Notes under the pieces: generated by a model
Told to the model about the DNA's origin: nothing
The model's input: the letters and a program-made list of their open reading frames with translations, nothing else
The model's database searches: none
Part shown: in pieces, positions 40,359-50,158 of the stretch
How positions within the stretch are numbered: position 1 is the first letter of the stretch
Layout: each line of letters starts with the position of its first letter
Translations under genes and position numbers: made by a program
Assembly (NCBI GenBank): GCA_963828285.1
Contig: CAWHEB010000002.1
Coordinates: 376,297-440,296 of the forward strand
DNA from: an uncultured Chloroflexia bacterium
Lineage (GTDB): Bacteria > Chloroflexota > Anaerolineae > Anaerolineales > Anaerolineaceae
DNA length: 64,000 nt
Direction of reading: 5' to 3'

Positions 40359-42275
40359 ATGCCTGGAAAAGGCGGAATGAAGAGCATAATTGCAGCACCG
40401 GATGAGAAACCGAAAGTCACAATTTCGTTACTCAACCGTGTATTGAAGTATGCCCTACCGTACAAATTACTCATCATCGGAACTCTTGCGCTCATCCTGG
40501 CAAATACAGGACTGACGATATTAAATCCTCTCATCATGCGCGACTTGATCGACCGGACCATCCCTGAGGCGAACATCCAACGTTTGGGCTTTCTTGCGTT
40601 AGCTATGCTGTTGATCCCGGCGATTAATGGTGCTTTCAATGTTCTCAGAAGACGGTTCACCGCAAGGATCGGCGAAGGGGTGATCTACGACCTGCGTGTC
40701 TCTTTGTACGCTGCTTTACAAAGGATGTCACTGCGGTTTTTTACCAATACCAAGGTCGGCGAGTTGATGAGCAGGTTGAACAATGATGTCATCGGAGCTC
40801 AGAATGCGATCAGCGATACGATCGTCGGTATCATCACAAACATAGTCCAAGGATTGGCTGTACTGGGGGTAATGCTCAGTCTCGAATGGCGGTTGTCACT
40901 GATCAGTGTTGCCATCCTTCCGTTGTTCATCCTGTCTACACGATTGATAGGAACTCGATTGCGGGATGTCGCCCGCAATCAAATGGAAGCGAACGCAAAG
41001 ATGAATGCATTAATGGGCGAAACGCTAAATATCGGTGGCGCGCTTTTAGTGAAGCTTTTTGGTCGTTCACAGTTTGAAGTATCCCGCTTTGGAAACAGAG
41101 CCGGTGCAGTCAAGGATCTTGGTATCCAACGTGCTTTTATGGGATCTATTTTCATCACAATTATTGGTTTGCTCACAGCGATCGGTTCTGCCCTAGTATA
41201 CGGACTAGGCGGTTACTATGTGATCAAAGGTGAATTCACAATAGGAACAATCGTTGCACTAGGCGCATATTTAGGCACTCTATATGGAGCTTTGCAGAAC
41301 CTTGCAAATGCTCCAGTCGAATTTGCCACCTCCATGGTTAGTTTTGAGAGGGTGTTTGAAGTCATCGATCTACCTGTGGATATAGCTGAGACAAAAACTC
41401 CGATCGAACTCAACCACATCGATGGAGAGATTCAATTTGATCATGTCACATTTATTTACGAGATCGGTGATGAATACCTGTTAAGTGATGTTCGGCGTTA
41501 TGGCAGTGTAGATAATGTAAAAACTGTGTTATCAGGTCCAATGGACGAAAGCGGACTCGTTAAACCAACCTCTCACAGTCAGGCACGAGGAAATGCATTG
41601 GATGACGTTACCTTCCGGGTTGAATCAGGTCAGCTTGTCGCTTTGGTGGGTCCTAGCGGTGCTGGTAAGACCACCCTTACCTATCTGATTCCCAGATTAT
41701 ATGATCCCACGACCGGGGTTATCCGGATTGATGGTCATAATATAAAAGATGTGTCTCTTGCTTCTTTATCTAAACAGATCGGCATGGTCACCCAGGAAAC
41801 ATACTTATTCCACGACACGGTCATAACTAATCTGCTGTATGCAAAATTGAATGCCACCCAGCAAGAGATGGAAAATGCTTGTAAAGTTGCCAACATTCAT
41901 GACTTCATTCAGGACCTTCCTGATAGATACGACACAATCGTAGGTGAACGCGGATATCGTCTCAGCGGCGGAGAAAAACAACGTCTCGCTCTAGCCCGGG
42001 TGATCCTGAAAGACCCTAGAATATTGGTTCTTGATGAAGCAACCAGTAATTTGGATAGTGAATCAGAACAACTAATTCAAGAAGCTTTAAGCCGGGTAAT
42101 GGCACAACGAACCAGCATTGTCATTGCCCACCGTTTAAGCACCATCCTGGCTGCGGATCAAATTCTGGTAATAAATCGCGGTCAGATCGTCCAACAAGGT
42201 ACTCATTCAGAACTGGTCGAACAAAAAGGTTTGTATTCTAAACTTTACAAAACGCAGTTTAAGAATTCAAGGTGA
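40359..42275 (+). CDS. ABC exporter, fused permease-ATPase (MsbA/ABCB type) with an insertion at the start of the NBD
   Basis: 6-TM domain then Walker A GPSGAGKTT, signature LSGGEKQRLALAR, Walker B LVLDEATSNLD. Confidence 0.9.
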   Translation: MPGKGGMKSIIAAPDEKPKVTISLLNRVLKYALPYKLLIIGTLALILANTGLTILNPLIMRDLIDRTIPEANIQRLGFLALAMLLIPAINGAFNVLRRRFTARIGEGVIYDLRVSLYAALQRMSLRFFTNTKVGELMSRLNNDVIGAQNAISDTIVGIITNIVQGLAVLGVMLSLEWRLSLISVAILPLFILSTRLIGTRLRDVARNQMEANAKMNALMGETLNIGGALLVKLFGRSQFEVSRFGNRAGAVKDLGIQRAFMGSIFITIIGLLTAIGSALVYGLGGYYVIKGEFTIGTIVALGAYLGTLYGALQNLANAPVEFATSMVSFERVFEVIDLPVDIAETKTPIELNHIDGEIQFDHVTFIYEIGDEYLLSDVRRYGSVDNVKTVLSGPMDESGLVKPTSHSQARGNALDDVTFRVESGQLVALVGPSGAGKTTLTYLIPRLYDPTTGVIRIDGHNIKDVSLASLSKQIGMVTQETYLFHDTVITNLLYAKLNATQQEMENACKVANIHDFIQDLPDRYDTIVGERGYRLSGGEKQRLALARVILKDPRILVLDEATSNLDSESEQLIQEALSRVMAQRTSIVIAHRLSTILAADQILVINRGQIVQQGTHSELVEQKGLYSKLYKTQFKNSR

Positions 42276-42366
42276 TTTGCTTCAAATCTGTGATGCTCAC
42301 TAATAGTTGCCTAAGTCAAAGAATAATCATATAATCTCTGCATACACTCATTACGGATACACAATA

Positions 42367-43481
42367 ATGCAGATCAAAAAAGTTGACAGCAAAGCAGACC
42401 TGAAAACATTTATAGAATTTCCCTTATCAATTCTACCGATCAGATCCGAATTGGGTACCCCCGCTGAGAGACGAGGTTACTGGACAATTTGACTCTGTCC
42501 GCAATCCATTGCTGGATCATTGTACTTATACACTCTTTCTTCTTTACGGGGAAAACGAGGTGATTGGTCGGATTGCAGCATTTATCGACAATCTGGCCGT
42601 GGACTATTGGAAAGAACCGATTGGGCTGTTTGGATATTATGAATGCATAGATGATTCTGAAGCATCGACACTATTACTCAATTCAGCCAGGGATTGGCTT
42701 TTGGAAAATGGGATGGAATCCATGCGTGGACCGTGGAGTTTTGTCTCGCAAGAATGGGGGTCAGTGATCGAAGGATTTACTCCTCCACCGTGCGTGATGG
42801 CTCCCTATAATCCCGAATTATTATGATGATCATTACACCAGGTTTGGCTTGAGCAAGATCAAAGATCTTCTCGTATATTCGATCAACGCCCGCGATGGTT
42901 ATCAAATCCCGGAACGGATCATTCAACTGACCGATAAAGTTGCCAACAGGTATGGAATCAAGATTCGTCAGATCAAGATGAAGAATTTGGATGATGAGAT
43001 TGAGACTATCATGCAATTATCCAATGACAGTCTGGGTGATAACTGGGGATATTCACCGGTAACTGATGCAGAAGTCCGCGCTATGGCAAATGATCTCAAA
43101 CCAGTCATCCAACCCAAAGGAGTTCTTTTTGCGGAGGATTCCAACGGTAAACCAATAGGGTTTGCCATCGTAATACCAGACGTGAACGTGCTTATAAAGA
43201 AAATGAATGGAAATCTTATGCCATTTGGCTGGATTAAGTTGCTAACAGGTATACCTCGATTAAAACAATACCGTATGTTCGCGTTGGGAGTGATCCCCGA
43301 ATATCACGGTAAAGCCATTGACAGTCTGCTGTACCGGGCATTGTATGAATCTTTGTTCTCCCCTGAGTTACGGATGGAGATCAATTATGTTCTTGAAGAT
43401 AACTTTCCGATGAACAATGCCATTGAAAAACTGGGTGCTAAACCATTACGCAGGTATCGGATTTATCAGCGTGAAATCTAA
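42367..43481 (+). pseudogene. GNAT-fold N-acyltransferase-like protein (~370 aa) interrupted by two +1 frameshifts (~42425 and ~42820)
   Basis: Three consecutive ORFs in frames 1, 2 and 0 read as one protein: MQIKKVDSKADLKTFIEFPLS / ..YRSDPNWVPPLRDEVTGQFDSVRNPLLDH..PYNPE / YYDDHYTRFGLSKIKDLLVY... An extra T at gaatTattat restores NPEYYDDHY. Confidence 0.55.
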
Positions 43482-43554
43482 TCCTGGTATCACTCGTATA
43501 CCTTACAACCAGTGAGTTGACTTTCCTGCCAATACCGCTATAATCAACTGCAAC

Positions 43555-43800
43555 ATCAGCCTGGAGTAATGGTTATTTAAGCTTTGCAGAGAGTCTGCGG
43601 CAGGTGAAAGCAGACAGGCAAAAATGACAAACTCCGCTCCAGCAGCCCTATTATAGGGACAGATTCTTCTGAATGCTTATTAGCAATAAAGAAGACGGAA
43701 CGCCCGTTATCGCGGTTGAGGCCTGGAAATCTTCCCTGGCGAATGCAGGTGGCACCACGAGAATACTCTCGTCCTGCAGTCGGAGGGATTTTTTGTTTAC
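43555..43800 (+). promoter_or_regulatory. Probable T-box riboswitch leader of serS
   Basis: AGAGA box (GCAGAGAG), GA/K-turn-like TGAAAG, candidate Ser specifier UCC (..acaaacTCCgc..). T-box-like AATGCAGGTGGCACCACGAG (consensus AATTAGGGTGGNACCGCG). Followed by a hairpin and a T-run (..GGAGGGATTTTTTG). Confidence 0.45.
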
Positions 43801-43815
43801 ATTAGAGGAGAAACC

Positions 43816-45096
43816 ATGTTTGACTTGAATCTGATCCGAGAAAATCCTGATTATGTTCGTGAATCGCTTCGTAAACGCCAGATGGATCCTGCTCCAGTGG
43901 ATGAGATCCTTGCACTGGATTCCAAAAGACGCTCCATCTTGATGGAAGTTGAATCCCTTAAAGCCGAGCGTAACTCTGTATCCAAAGAGATCAGCAAGAT
44001 GAAAGATCCAACAGAGCGACAGGCGAAGATCGATGCATCTCGTGAGTTGGGTGATCGTATCTCCGGGTTGGATGGCGAATTATCCACTGTCGAAGAAGCT
44101 TTGAGCGGGTTGGTGGCGCTCGTACCCAATGTACCTTCCGATCGGACCCCTTATGGCAAGGATGAACATGATAATCAAGTGATTCATACCTATAAAGAGC
44201 CCTCAGAGCTGCCTTTCCCGGCTAAGCCCCATTGGGACCTTGGACCGGAATTGGGGATTATTAATTTTGATCAGGGTATTAAGTTAACAGGGTCGAGATT
44301 TTACGTCCTCAGTGGCGCCGGCGCCAGATTGCAGCGTGCTTTGATCGCATGGATGTTGGACCTGCATATTCGTCAGGGATATACCGAGAAATATACCCCA
44401 TTCATGGTCAAGAGTGACGTTCTATTCGCCTCAGGGCAGCTTCCAAAGTTTCGGGACAATCTGTACCATGATGCAGAAGAAGACTTCTGGATGGTGCCTA
44501 CCGCTGAGGTGCCATTAACCGGTTTGCATGTAGGCGATTTCATCGAAGAAGACCAACTACCGCTCCACTATACTGCTTACACTCCCTGTTTTCGCAGGGA
44601 AAAAATGTCTGCCGGCCGGGATGTCAGAGGCATAAAACGTGGCCACCAGTTTGACAAAGTGGAAATGTACAAATTCTGTAAACCGGAAGACTCCATGGAT
44701 GAACTGGATAAAATGCTTCATGATGCCACTCAAACTGCTGAACTGCTGGGACTACCTTACCGTGTCTTACAGTTATGCACCGGCGATATTGGATTCAATG
44801 CCAGCATCACTTATGATGTAGAGGTCTGGGCTCCAGGCTGTGCAGAGTGGCTGGAAGTTTCCTCTGTCTCCAATGTGGGTGACTTTCAGGCAAGAAGGGC
44901 AAACATCAAATATCGCCCGTCAGATGGCGGTAAACCCCGCCTGGTGCATACATTGAATGGTTCAGGTCTTGGATTACCAAGGACCTTAATCGCGGTTATG
45001 GAAAATTATCAGCAACCAGACGGTTCAATTTTGATCCCGGAAGTGCTCAAACCGTGGATGGGTGGAATCGAGCGAATCTCATCGGAGAGTAAATGA
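43816..45096 (+). CDS. serS: Seryl-tRNA synthetase
   Basis: N-terminal coiled-coil [10 protein letters not shown]... Class II motifs (..FRRE..., GLGLPR). 426 aa. Confidence 0.95.
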   Translation: MFDLNLIRENPDYVRESLRKRQMDPAPVDEILALDSKRRSILMEVESLKAERNSVSKEISKMKDPTERQAKIDASRELGDRISGLDGELSTVEEALSGLVALVPNVPSDRTPYGKDEHDNQVIHTYKEPSELPFPAKPHWDLGPELGIINFDQGIKLTGSRFYVLSGAGARLQRALIAWMLDLHIRQGYTEKYTPFMVKSDVLFASGQLPKFRDNLYHDAEEDFWMVPTAEVPLTGLHVGDFIEEDQLPLHYTAYTPCFRREKMSAGRDVRGIKRGHQFDKVEMYKFCKPEDSMDELDKMLHDATQTAELLGLPYRVLQLCTGDIGFNASITYDVEVWAPGCAEWLEVSSVSNVGDFQARRANIKYRPSDGGKPRLVHTLNGSGLGLPRTLIAVMENYQQPDGSILIPEVLKPWMGGIERISSESK

Positions 45097-45605
45097 CCCC
45101 CTGGTTGGAGGCACTTCTATTTGGATTGATCACAGCCACCATTATTGTGGGTTGGGTTGGTCTGATCATACCAATTTTTCCAGGGTTGAACATTATATGG
45201 CTGGCAACACTGGTATGGGGTCTTGTTAATAGCTTCGCATTCCCGGGATGGCTGATTTTCGCACTAATTTCCATTTTGATGGTTATTGGCAACTGGGCTG
45301 ATAACATTTTTATCAGCGGAAAAGCCAGATTAAGTGGAGCCAGTTGGTGGTCGATACTGGCTGGAAATATTGCCGCCATTATTGGAGCCATCGTTTTGCC
45401 ACCTCTGGGTGGAATCTTATTCGCTGTGTTGGGTGTATTCATTGTTGAGTTTATCCGTGACAAGGATTGGCGCAAAGCTCTAATCACTTCCAAAGAGATG
45501 ATGTGGGGATTTGGATGGGCAATCGGTGCCAGGTTAGCCATCGGGGGGTTGATGGCGTTATTGTGGATCATCTGGGCGTTTATCATCCCGATCCTCTTTA
45601 AGTAG
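45093..45605 (+). CDS. DUF456-like small membrane protein
   Basis: 170-aa, 4-TM ORF overlapping the serS stop (ATGA). PGL/GW-rich. Confidence 0.55.
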   Translation: MTPWLEALLFGLITATIIVGWVGLIIPIFPGLNIIWLATLVWGLVNSFAFPGWLIFALISILMVIGNWADNIFISGKARLSGASWWSILAGNIAAIIGAIVLPPLGGILFAVLGVFIVEFIRDKDWRKALITSKEMMWGFGWAIGARLAIGGLMALLWIIWAFIIPILFK

Positions 45606-45619
45606 TAGAAGGATCATAT

Positions 45620-45656
45620 AAAAAAGACCGGTTTTCACCGGTCTTTTGATTTATTC
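45620..45656. terminator. Bidirectional Rho-independent terminator
   Basis: AAAAAAGACCGGT-tttca-CCGGTCTTTTGATTTATT between convergent operons. Confidence 0.75.
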
Positions 45657-45666
45657 TCGTCCTACT

Positions 45667-46086
45667 TCATCCTTCTTCAGTTATCTCGTATTTGGTTTTG
45701 ATTTCTACGACTTTTGAAAGCATCGCTTGCGCTGGGCAGTATTTGGTGGATGAGAGATCAATCGCTCGTTCCACTGCCATGGGGTCTATATTTTTCCCGG
45801 ACAGCTTGTAGGTGATCATCGCTGAAGTAAATACTCTTGGATGTTCACTTGCACGCTCCGTGTGGACATCCACTTCAAACTTGGTAATTTCCTGTCGCTT
45901 CTTTTCCAGAATCGAGATCACATCCATCGCTGTACAACCAGCAAGCCCAATGGCAAACAGTTCCATCGGTTTGAAACCTTCACTAGATCCTCGATCAGGA
46001 GATCTTGATGAGAGAGGAACTGTCATCAAGCTTCCAGCAAGACCGTCGAACTCCATTCCGCCCTTCCAGTTCACTTTCGCATCCAT
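45667..46086 (-). CDS. OsmC/Ohr family peroxiredoxin-like protein
   Basis: ..LFAIGLAGCTAMDVISIL.. and second Cys CPAQAM. Confidence 0.85.
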   Translation of the reverse strand: MDAKVNWKGGMEFDGLAGSLMTVPLSSRSPDRGSSEGFKPMELFAIGLAGCTAMDVISILEKKRQEITKFEVDVHTERASEHPRVFTSAMITYKLSGKNIDPMAVERAIDLSSTKYCPAQAMLSKVVEIKTKYEITEEG

Positions 46087-46098
46087 GTTTTTCCCTCC

Positions 46099-46800
46099 TT
46101 ATTCCTTCAATACTTTGACGATCTCATCCAACAACATTACCTCTGGTCCAGAGCCGATCATCTGACCTGCATTGTGATTAATTGCAGTATGAGGTACGCC
46201 AGATACCTGATAGTCTCCGGCAAGCTTCTGGAATTCTGTAGCTTCGATCATTTCCGCTTGGACATATTGGCTTTCGAGAGCCATCGCATGAGCGAGCGTC
46301 ACGGCTCGCGGACAGTATGGTCAGGTTGGGGTGGTAAACACCTGTAACAGAATATCTTCTTTATTCTTTTTAAGGAAAGCTTTTGTTGCAGGCGAAAGCC
46401 CTGATTCTCGTGACGAAACCAATATGACGTCATTGATCAAAGATGTAAACTCATGACCGGCTGGAATACCGTAGAATCGGATTCCATAATCCACGATCTC
46501 TTCCGCATTTTTCGCAGCCAAAACTATACCCGGAGCCTTATCAACATGATATTGTTTTGCTATTTTTGCATCACCATGAAGATGTTTTACTTCCAAGCTT
46601 AGCCTTGAATCCAAAGGGACGATCTCTTCAAGGATTTGTCTCGTCTGGGCACAAAAATCACAATGTTCATCATCTTCGAAAAATAATATTTTTACAGGTT
46701 CTAATAAATTCTCAGCAAGGACATCTTTTACCTGTGTGGTAATATCTTCATTCAACATTCTTTCCATATGTTTCCCATTCTCCGCGACGCGGGGAGGCAA
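46099..46800 (-). CDS. Predicted selenoprotein: two-domain glutaredoxin-like protein disulfide oxidoreductase (PDO-like) with UxxC in the second thioredoxin unit (in-frame UGA at 46321..46323)
   Basis: ORFs 46321..46800 and 46099..46302 are in the same frame, separated only by TGA. Joined, they read ..ILLQVFTTPT-[UGA]-PYCPRAVTLAHAMALE... That aligns with the second active site of archaeal/bacterial PDO (TPTCPYCP). First unit has CDFC. Confidence 0.65.
46292..46309 (-). promoter_or_regulatory. Candidate bacterial SECIS hairpin
   Basis: mRNA: UGA-ccauacugucc-GCGAGC-cgugac-GCUCGC. The 6-bp stem starts 11 nt after UGA. The loop contains GU. Confidence 0.45.
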
Positions 46801-46806
46801 AATTTA

Positions 46807-47013
46807 TCAGGTAAAACAGCTAGCTTCAACATACCCACAGTTATCGCAGCATAAATTTAGAAAATAATCATACTTGAGATTCCCATGGTCACAAACAGGA
46901 CATGGACGTTCACCGCCATCATTCCCAAGGTCAATATCAGGGAGATTGGTAAATTCTCCTTCGCTTGTATTATCTTCATGGTTTATCTTTTTTTGAATTT
47001 CAGCCATGATCAT
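46807..47013 (-). CDS. Small Cys-rich zinc-ribbon protein
   Basis: CPVC..(18)..CCDNC motifs. Translationally coupled to the anti-sigma gene. Confidence 0.4.
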   Translation of the reverse strand: MIMAEIQKKINHEDNTSEGEFTNLPDIDLGNDGGERPCPVCDHGNLKYDYFLNLCCDNCGYVEASCFT

Positions 47014-47258
47014 TCTTTCATAAAATTAGATATATCCAACGTCTTATGCAATCTTTCAACTACTGAGTTTGGTACATGCTGGTCTTCAGCAAGTTGATGA
47101 TAAAGGGAAATGGTCTTTTTGGTCGTATCCACAACAATACGACAGTTTGTACAAGTTAATATATGTTCATCCAATTGAGCTACCAATTCAGGAGGCAGCT
47201 CACCATCAATGTAATCGGATAAACAATCGACTAATTGTTCACAACAGGGTTTATTCAT
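47010..47258 (-). CDS. Zinc-associated (ZAS) anti-sigma factor, RsrA/ChrR-like
   Basis: HxxxCxxC motif EHILTCTNCR plus N-terminal CC. Immediately downstream of the ECF sigma gene. Confidence 0.7.
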   Translation of the reverse strand: MNKPCCEQLVDCLSDYIDGELPPELVAQLDEHILTCTNCRIVVDTTKKTISLYHQLAEDQHVPNSVVERLHKTLDISNFMKE

Positions 47259-47269
47259 TTCGTACCTTC

Positions 47270-47851
47270 CTATTGGGAATCTCCAAAGTATTGCGTCAAG
47301 GATTCCCGCAATGACAACCTCGCTCTGAGTAAACGGGTTTTAACTACTTCCTCTGAGACACCCAATAATTCTGCTGTTTCCAGGATGCTCAAACCTTGAA
47401 TATCGCGCAATATGAAAACCACCTTTAATTTTTCCGATAATATTTGAATTGCTTTATCAAGTTTTACCTTTATTTCTGCACCAATAACTTTTTCCTCAGG
47501 CAGTAATTCCCACGATCTGATCTCGCGTGGTGAACTAATTTCTTCATTTTCATCCTCATCAAGCGAAGCTATGATCTGCTTCCCTTTTCGCAAAACCTGT
47601 ATGGATTCATTCACTGCGATCCGGTATATCCAGGTATAGAGAGAGGACTTTCCTTGAAAACTGCTAATACTTCGAATTACTTTGATGAATGTTTCCTGGA
47701 GGACATCTTCGGCATCGAGAGTATTTCCAGTGATATTCAACGCCAATCGATAAATCGGATCAGAGTAAACTTCGATCAGCCTATTAAATTCATCCTTATC
47801 ACCTTTAACTAACAATTCAGCCGAAATGGTTGCATCCATGATTGTATTCAT
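47270..47851 (-). CDS. ECF-subfamily RNA polymerase sigma-70 factor
   Basis: Region 2 (..DVLQETFIKVIRSI..YTWIYRIAVN..) and region 4 HTH (LSILETAELLGVSEEVVKTRLLRAR). Confidence 0.9.
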   Translation of the reverse strand: MNTIMDATISAELLVKGDKDEFNRLIEVYSDPIYRLALNITGNTLDAEDVLQETFIKVIRSISSFQGKSSLYTWIYRIAVNESIQVLRKGKQIIASLDEDENEEISSPREIRSWELLPEEKVIGAEIKVKLDKAIQILSEKLKVVFILRDIQGLSILETAELLGVSEEVVKTRLLRARLSLRESLTQYFGDSQ

Positions 47852-47874
47852 TAGATACCTATTGCTTAGAAAAG

Positions 47875-48918
47875 TTACACGGACAACAATGGCCAGGTTG
47901 GAATAGCATCCAGATCCAATGATGAAGTATGTCCATTACTGAGTCGATAAAATCCAGCGCACGCAATCATCGCGGCGTTATCTGTGCATAAAGTAATATG
48001 CGGGATGTGAACAGGGATTTGTGATTGCAATGTCATTGAATCACGCAATGCCTTATTTGCAGAAACGCCGCCTGCCAAAATAATCTCGTTTGCCTTGAAT
48101 TCTTGAGCTGCTTTCAGGGTTTTTGCAACTAGCGTATCGACAACGGCAGCTTGAAAACTCGCTGCCAGATCATTCACAGGAATGGATTCTTTGTTTTCTT
48201 GAAGATGATGGACTGTTCTCAAAACTGACGTTTTGAGTCCGCTGAAAGAAAAGTCCCATGGATTATCAAGTCTCGCTCGTGGAAAATTGAAAGCGGTCGG
48301 ACTACCATTCTCAGAAGCCTTTTGGATGGAGGGTCCACCCGGATATGATAAACCTAACAATCTAGCCACTTTATCGAATGCTTCGCCGGCTGCGTCATCC
48401 ATGGTCTTTCCGAGTTGCTTATATTGTAAATGACCAGAAATTAATATCAACTCGGAATGTCCACCTGAAACCAGGAGAGCAAGCAAAGGGAAATTGGGCT
48501 CTGTAGGAATTGGTTTACCTTCCAAAACACTTTTCTGAGTGTAAACCCATGCGGAATAAATGTGCCCTTCAAGATGATTTACACCAATAAGAGGGATATT
48601 TCTTCCAAGAGCTAAACCCTTGGCCATGTTCAAGCCGACCACAAGCGACCCAGCCAGACCTGGACCTTGCGTCACTGCGATGGCATCAATATCGTGTAAT
48701 GTCATGTGGGCTTGTTGCAATGCCTGATCCACAACACCATACACGGTTTTAATATGTTGCCGGGATGCTACCTCAGGGAACACACCTCCATATTGAACGT
48801 GAAGATCGATCTGGGATGCAACCACATTGGATAGCAACATCCGGCCATTTTCAAGAACTGCCGCAGCCGTCTCATCGCATGAGGATTCAATTCCCAAGAT
48901 TCTCATCGGGGTGTCCAT
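47875..48918 (-). CDS. tsaD: tRNA N6-adenosine threonylcarbamoyltransferase
   Basis: MRILGIESSCDETAAAV.. and metal-binding HLEGH region. Confidence 0.95.
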   Translation of the reverse strand: MDTPMRILGIESSCDETAAAVLENGRMLLSNVVASQIDLHVQYGGVFPEVASRQHIKTVYGVVDQALQQAHMTLHDIDAIAVTQGPGLAGSLVVGLNMAKGLALGRNIPLIGVNHLEGHIYSAWVYTQKSVLEGKPIPTEPNFPLLALLVSGGHSELILISGHLQYKQLGKTMDDAAGEAFDKVARLLGLSYPGGPSIQKASENGSPTAFNFPRARLDNPWDFSFSGLKTSVLRTVHHLQENKESIPVNDLAASFQAAVVDTLVAKTLKAAQEFKANEIILAGGVSANKALRDSMTLQSQIPVHIPHITLCTDNAAMIACAGFYRLSNGHTSSLDLDAIPTWPLLSV

Positions 48919-48919
48919 A

Positions 48920-50158
48920 TCATTTTCCTTTTACTGGAATGACTAGATCCATCGGATACTCAACAAACCGTTGGATTGCGCCATCAGCTGTTACATAGAA
49001 GGTATCCTCAAGTCTGACACCAAATCCATTTTCTGGATAATACAAACCGGGTTCAATAGTAAACACCATACCTGGAGTTAGATTATCTTCTGCAGGCATG
49101 AATTGACTGAACCACGGTCCTTCGTGGACGCGTAATCCAAGCCCATGACCAAGACTGTGGTTATATCCATTGGTTGTATTGGGATCTTTTGCTATCGTTA
49201 CATGTCCCATGGATTCAAATAGTTCGCAGGTTCGCTGCTGGTATACCTGGCAAAGTACACCTGTCTTCAGTTCTCCGAGGATGGTGTCGTACACAGATTT
49301 CACTTGGTCGTAATGCTTTTGAATTTCAGGGGTGGCATACCCCAGGCACCAGGTTCTGGTGAAATCGTAAAAATAACCCCCACCTTTTTCACAGGGAAAG
49401 ATGTCGAAAACGATTGTTTGTCCAGCTCGCAGTTGATCTGATGTTGTACCGGAAGAATGACCGATCCCGGCATCACGGCCGATTGAAAAGATTGTCCCTT
49501 CCGGGTTTTCCGCGCCTGCTTCAGCAAGCCATAGATCGATCCGTGATTTCACGTCACCTACTGTAATTGCATTACCTTTCTCATTGACTAATACTCCATC
49601 TCTCAAACAATTAGAGGACAAGTATTGTTGGACTTTTCCAACCACATTTACGGTAACCTCACCCATTCTTCTAATACGGTCTATTTCATCTGGTCTTTTA
49701 AGAATCGCTGAAGCATCCAATACAGATTTATCCATTTCACCAGTTAATATCAAGCCTGGCATTATTGCCTTCAATTCATTTAATACCGCCCAATCGTGAG
49801 TCAGATCCACTTGACCATACAATCCAACTTTCCCAGTGGTAAGTTGATACTTTTCCAGATAGTGTTTAAGCAAGAGAGCACTCCCCTTTGCTTTATTATC
49901 CGGGTGTTCTTTCATAAACTTGATCAATATCTCAAAATCGAAAGTATCCACTAACAGACCCGACCTGGCGGCTTCTTCACGTTCCATACTGTTTGCCACC
50001 AATACAGGGGCAGATCCATATTTCTTAATCAGCATTGCATTGGTAAAATGGCCCCCGCCGGTAAGATAAACCATGGATGGATTATGATCGCCATTTCCAA
50101 AAACGATGATTCCTTCCATATCCTTTAATTTAAGTAATTGATCAAGATCAGTATTCAA
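48920..50158 (-). CDS. M24-family Xaa-Pro aminopeptidase/prolidase-like peptidase
   Basis: Pita-bread fold motifs (..HGLGHGLGLRVHEGP.., ..TIEPGLY..). Confidence 0.8.
   Translation of the reverse strand: MNTDLDQLLKLKDMEGIIVFGNGDHNPSMVYLTGGGHFTNAMLIKKYGSAPVLVANSMEREEAARSGLLVDTFDFEILIKFMKEHPDNKAKGSALLLKHYLEKYQLTTGKVGLYGQVDLTHDWAVLNELKAIMPGLILTGEMDKSVLDASAILKRPDEIDRIRRMGEVTVNVVGKVQQYLSSNCLRDGVLVNEKGNAITVGDVKSRIDLWLAEAGAENPEGTIFSIGRDAGIGHSSGTTSDQLRAGQTIVFDIFPCEKGGGYFYDFTRTWCLGYATPEIQKHYDQVKSVYDTILGELKTGVLCQVYQQRTCELFESMGHVTIAKDPNTTNGYNHSLGHGLGLRVHEGPWFSQFMPAEDNLTPGMVFTIEPGLYYPENGFGVRLEDTFYVTADGAIQRFVEYPMDLVIPVKGK

Noticed and set aside
46099-46302. Treating 46099..46302 as an independent 67-aa GTG-initiated gene and 46321..46800 as a truncated thioredoxin-like gene
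   Set aside because: Both share one frame with only TGA between them. The downstream piece begins mid-domain (PYCPRAV..) exactly where the CxxC of PDO falls. A SECIS-like hairpin with correct spacing is present and selA is nearby. Readthrough as Sec is more parsimonious, though a genuine stop is not excluded.
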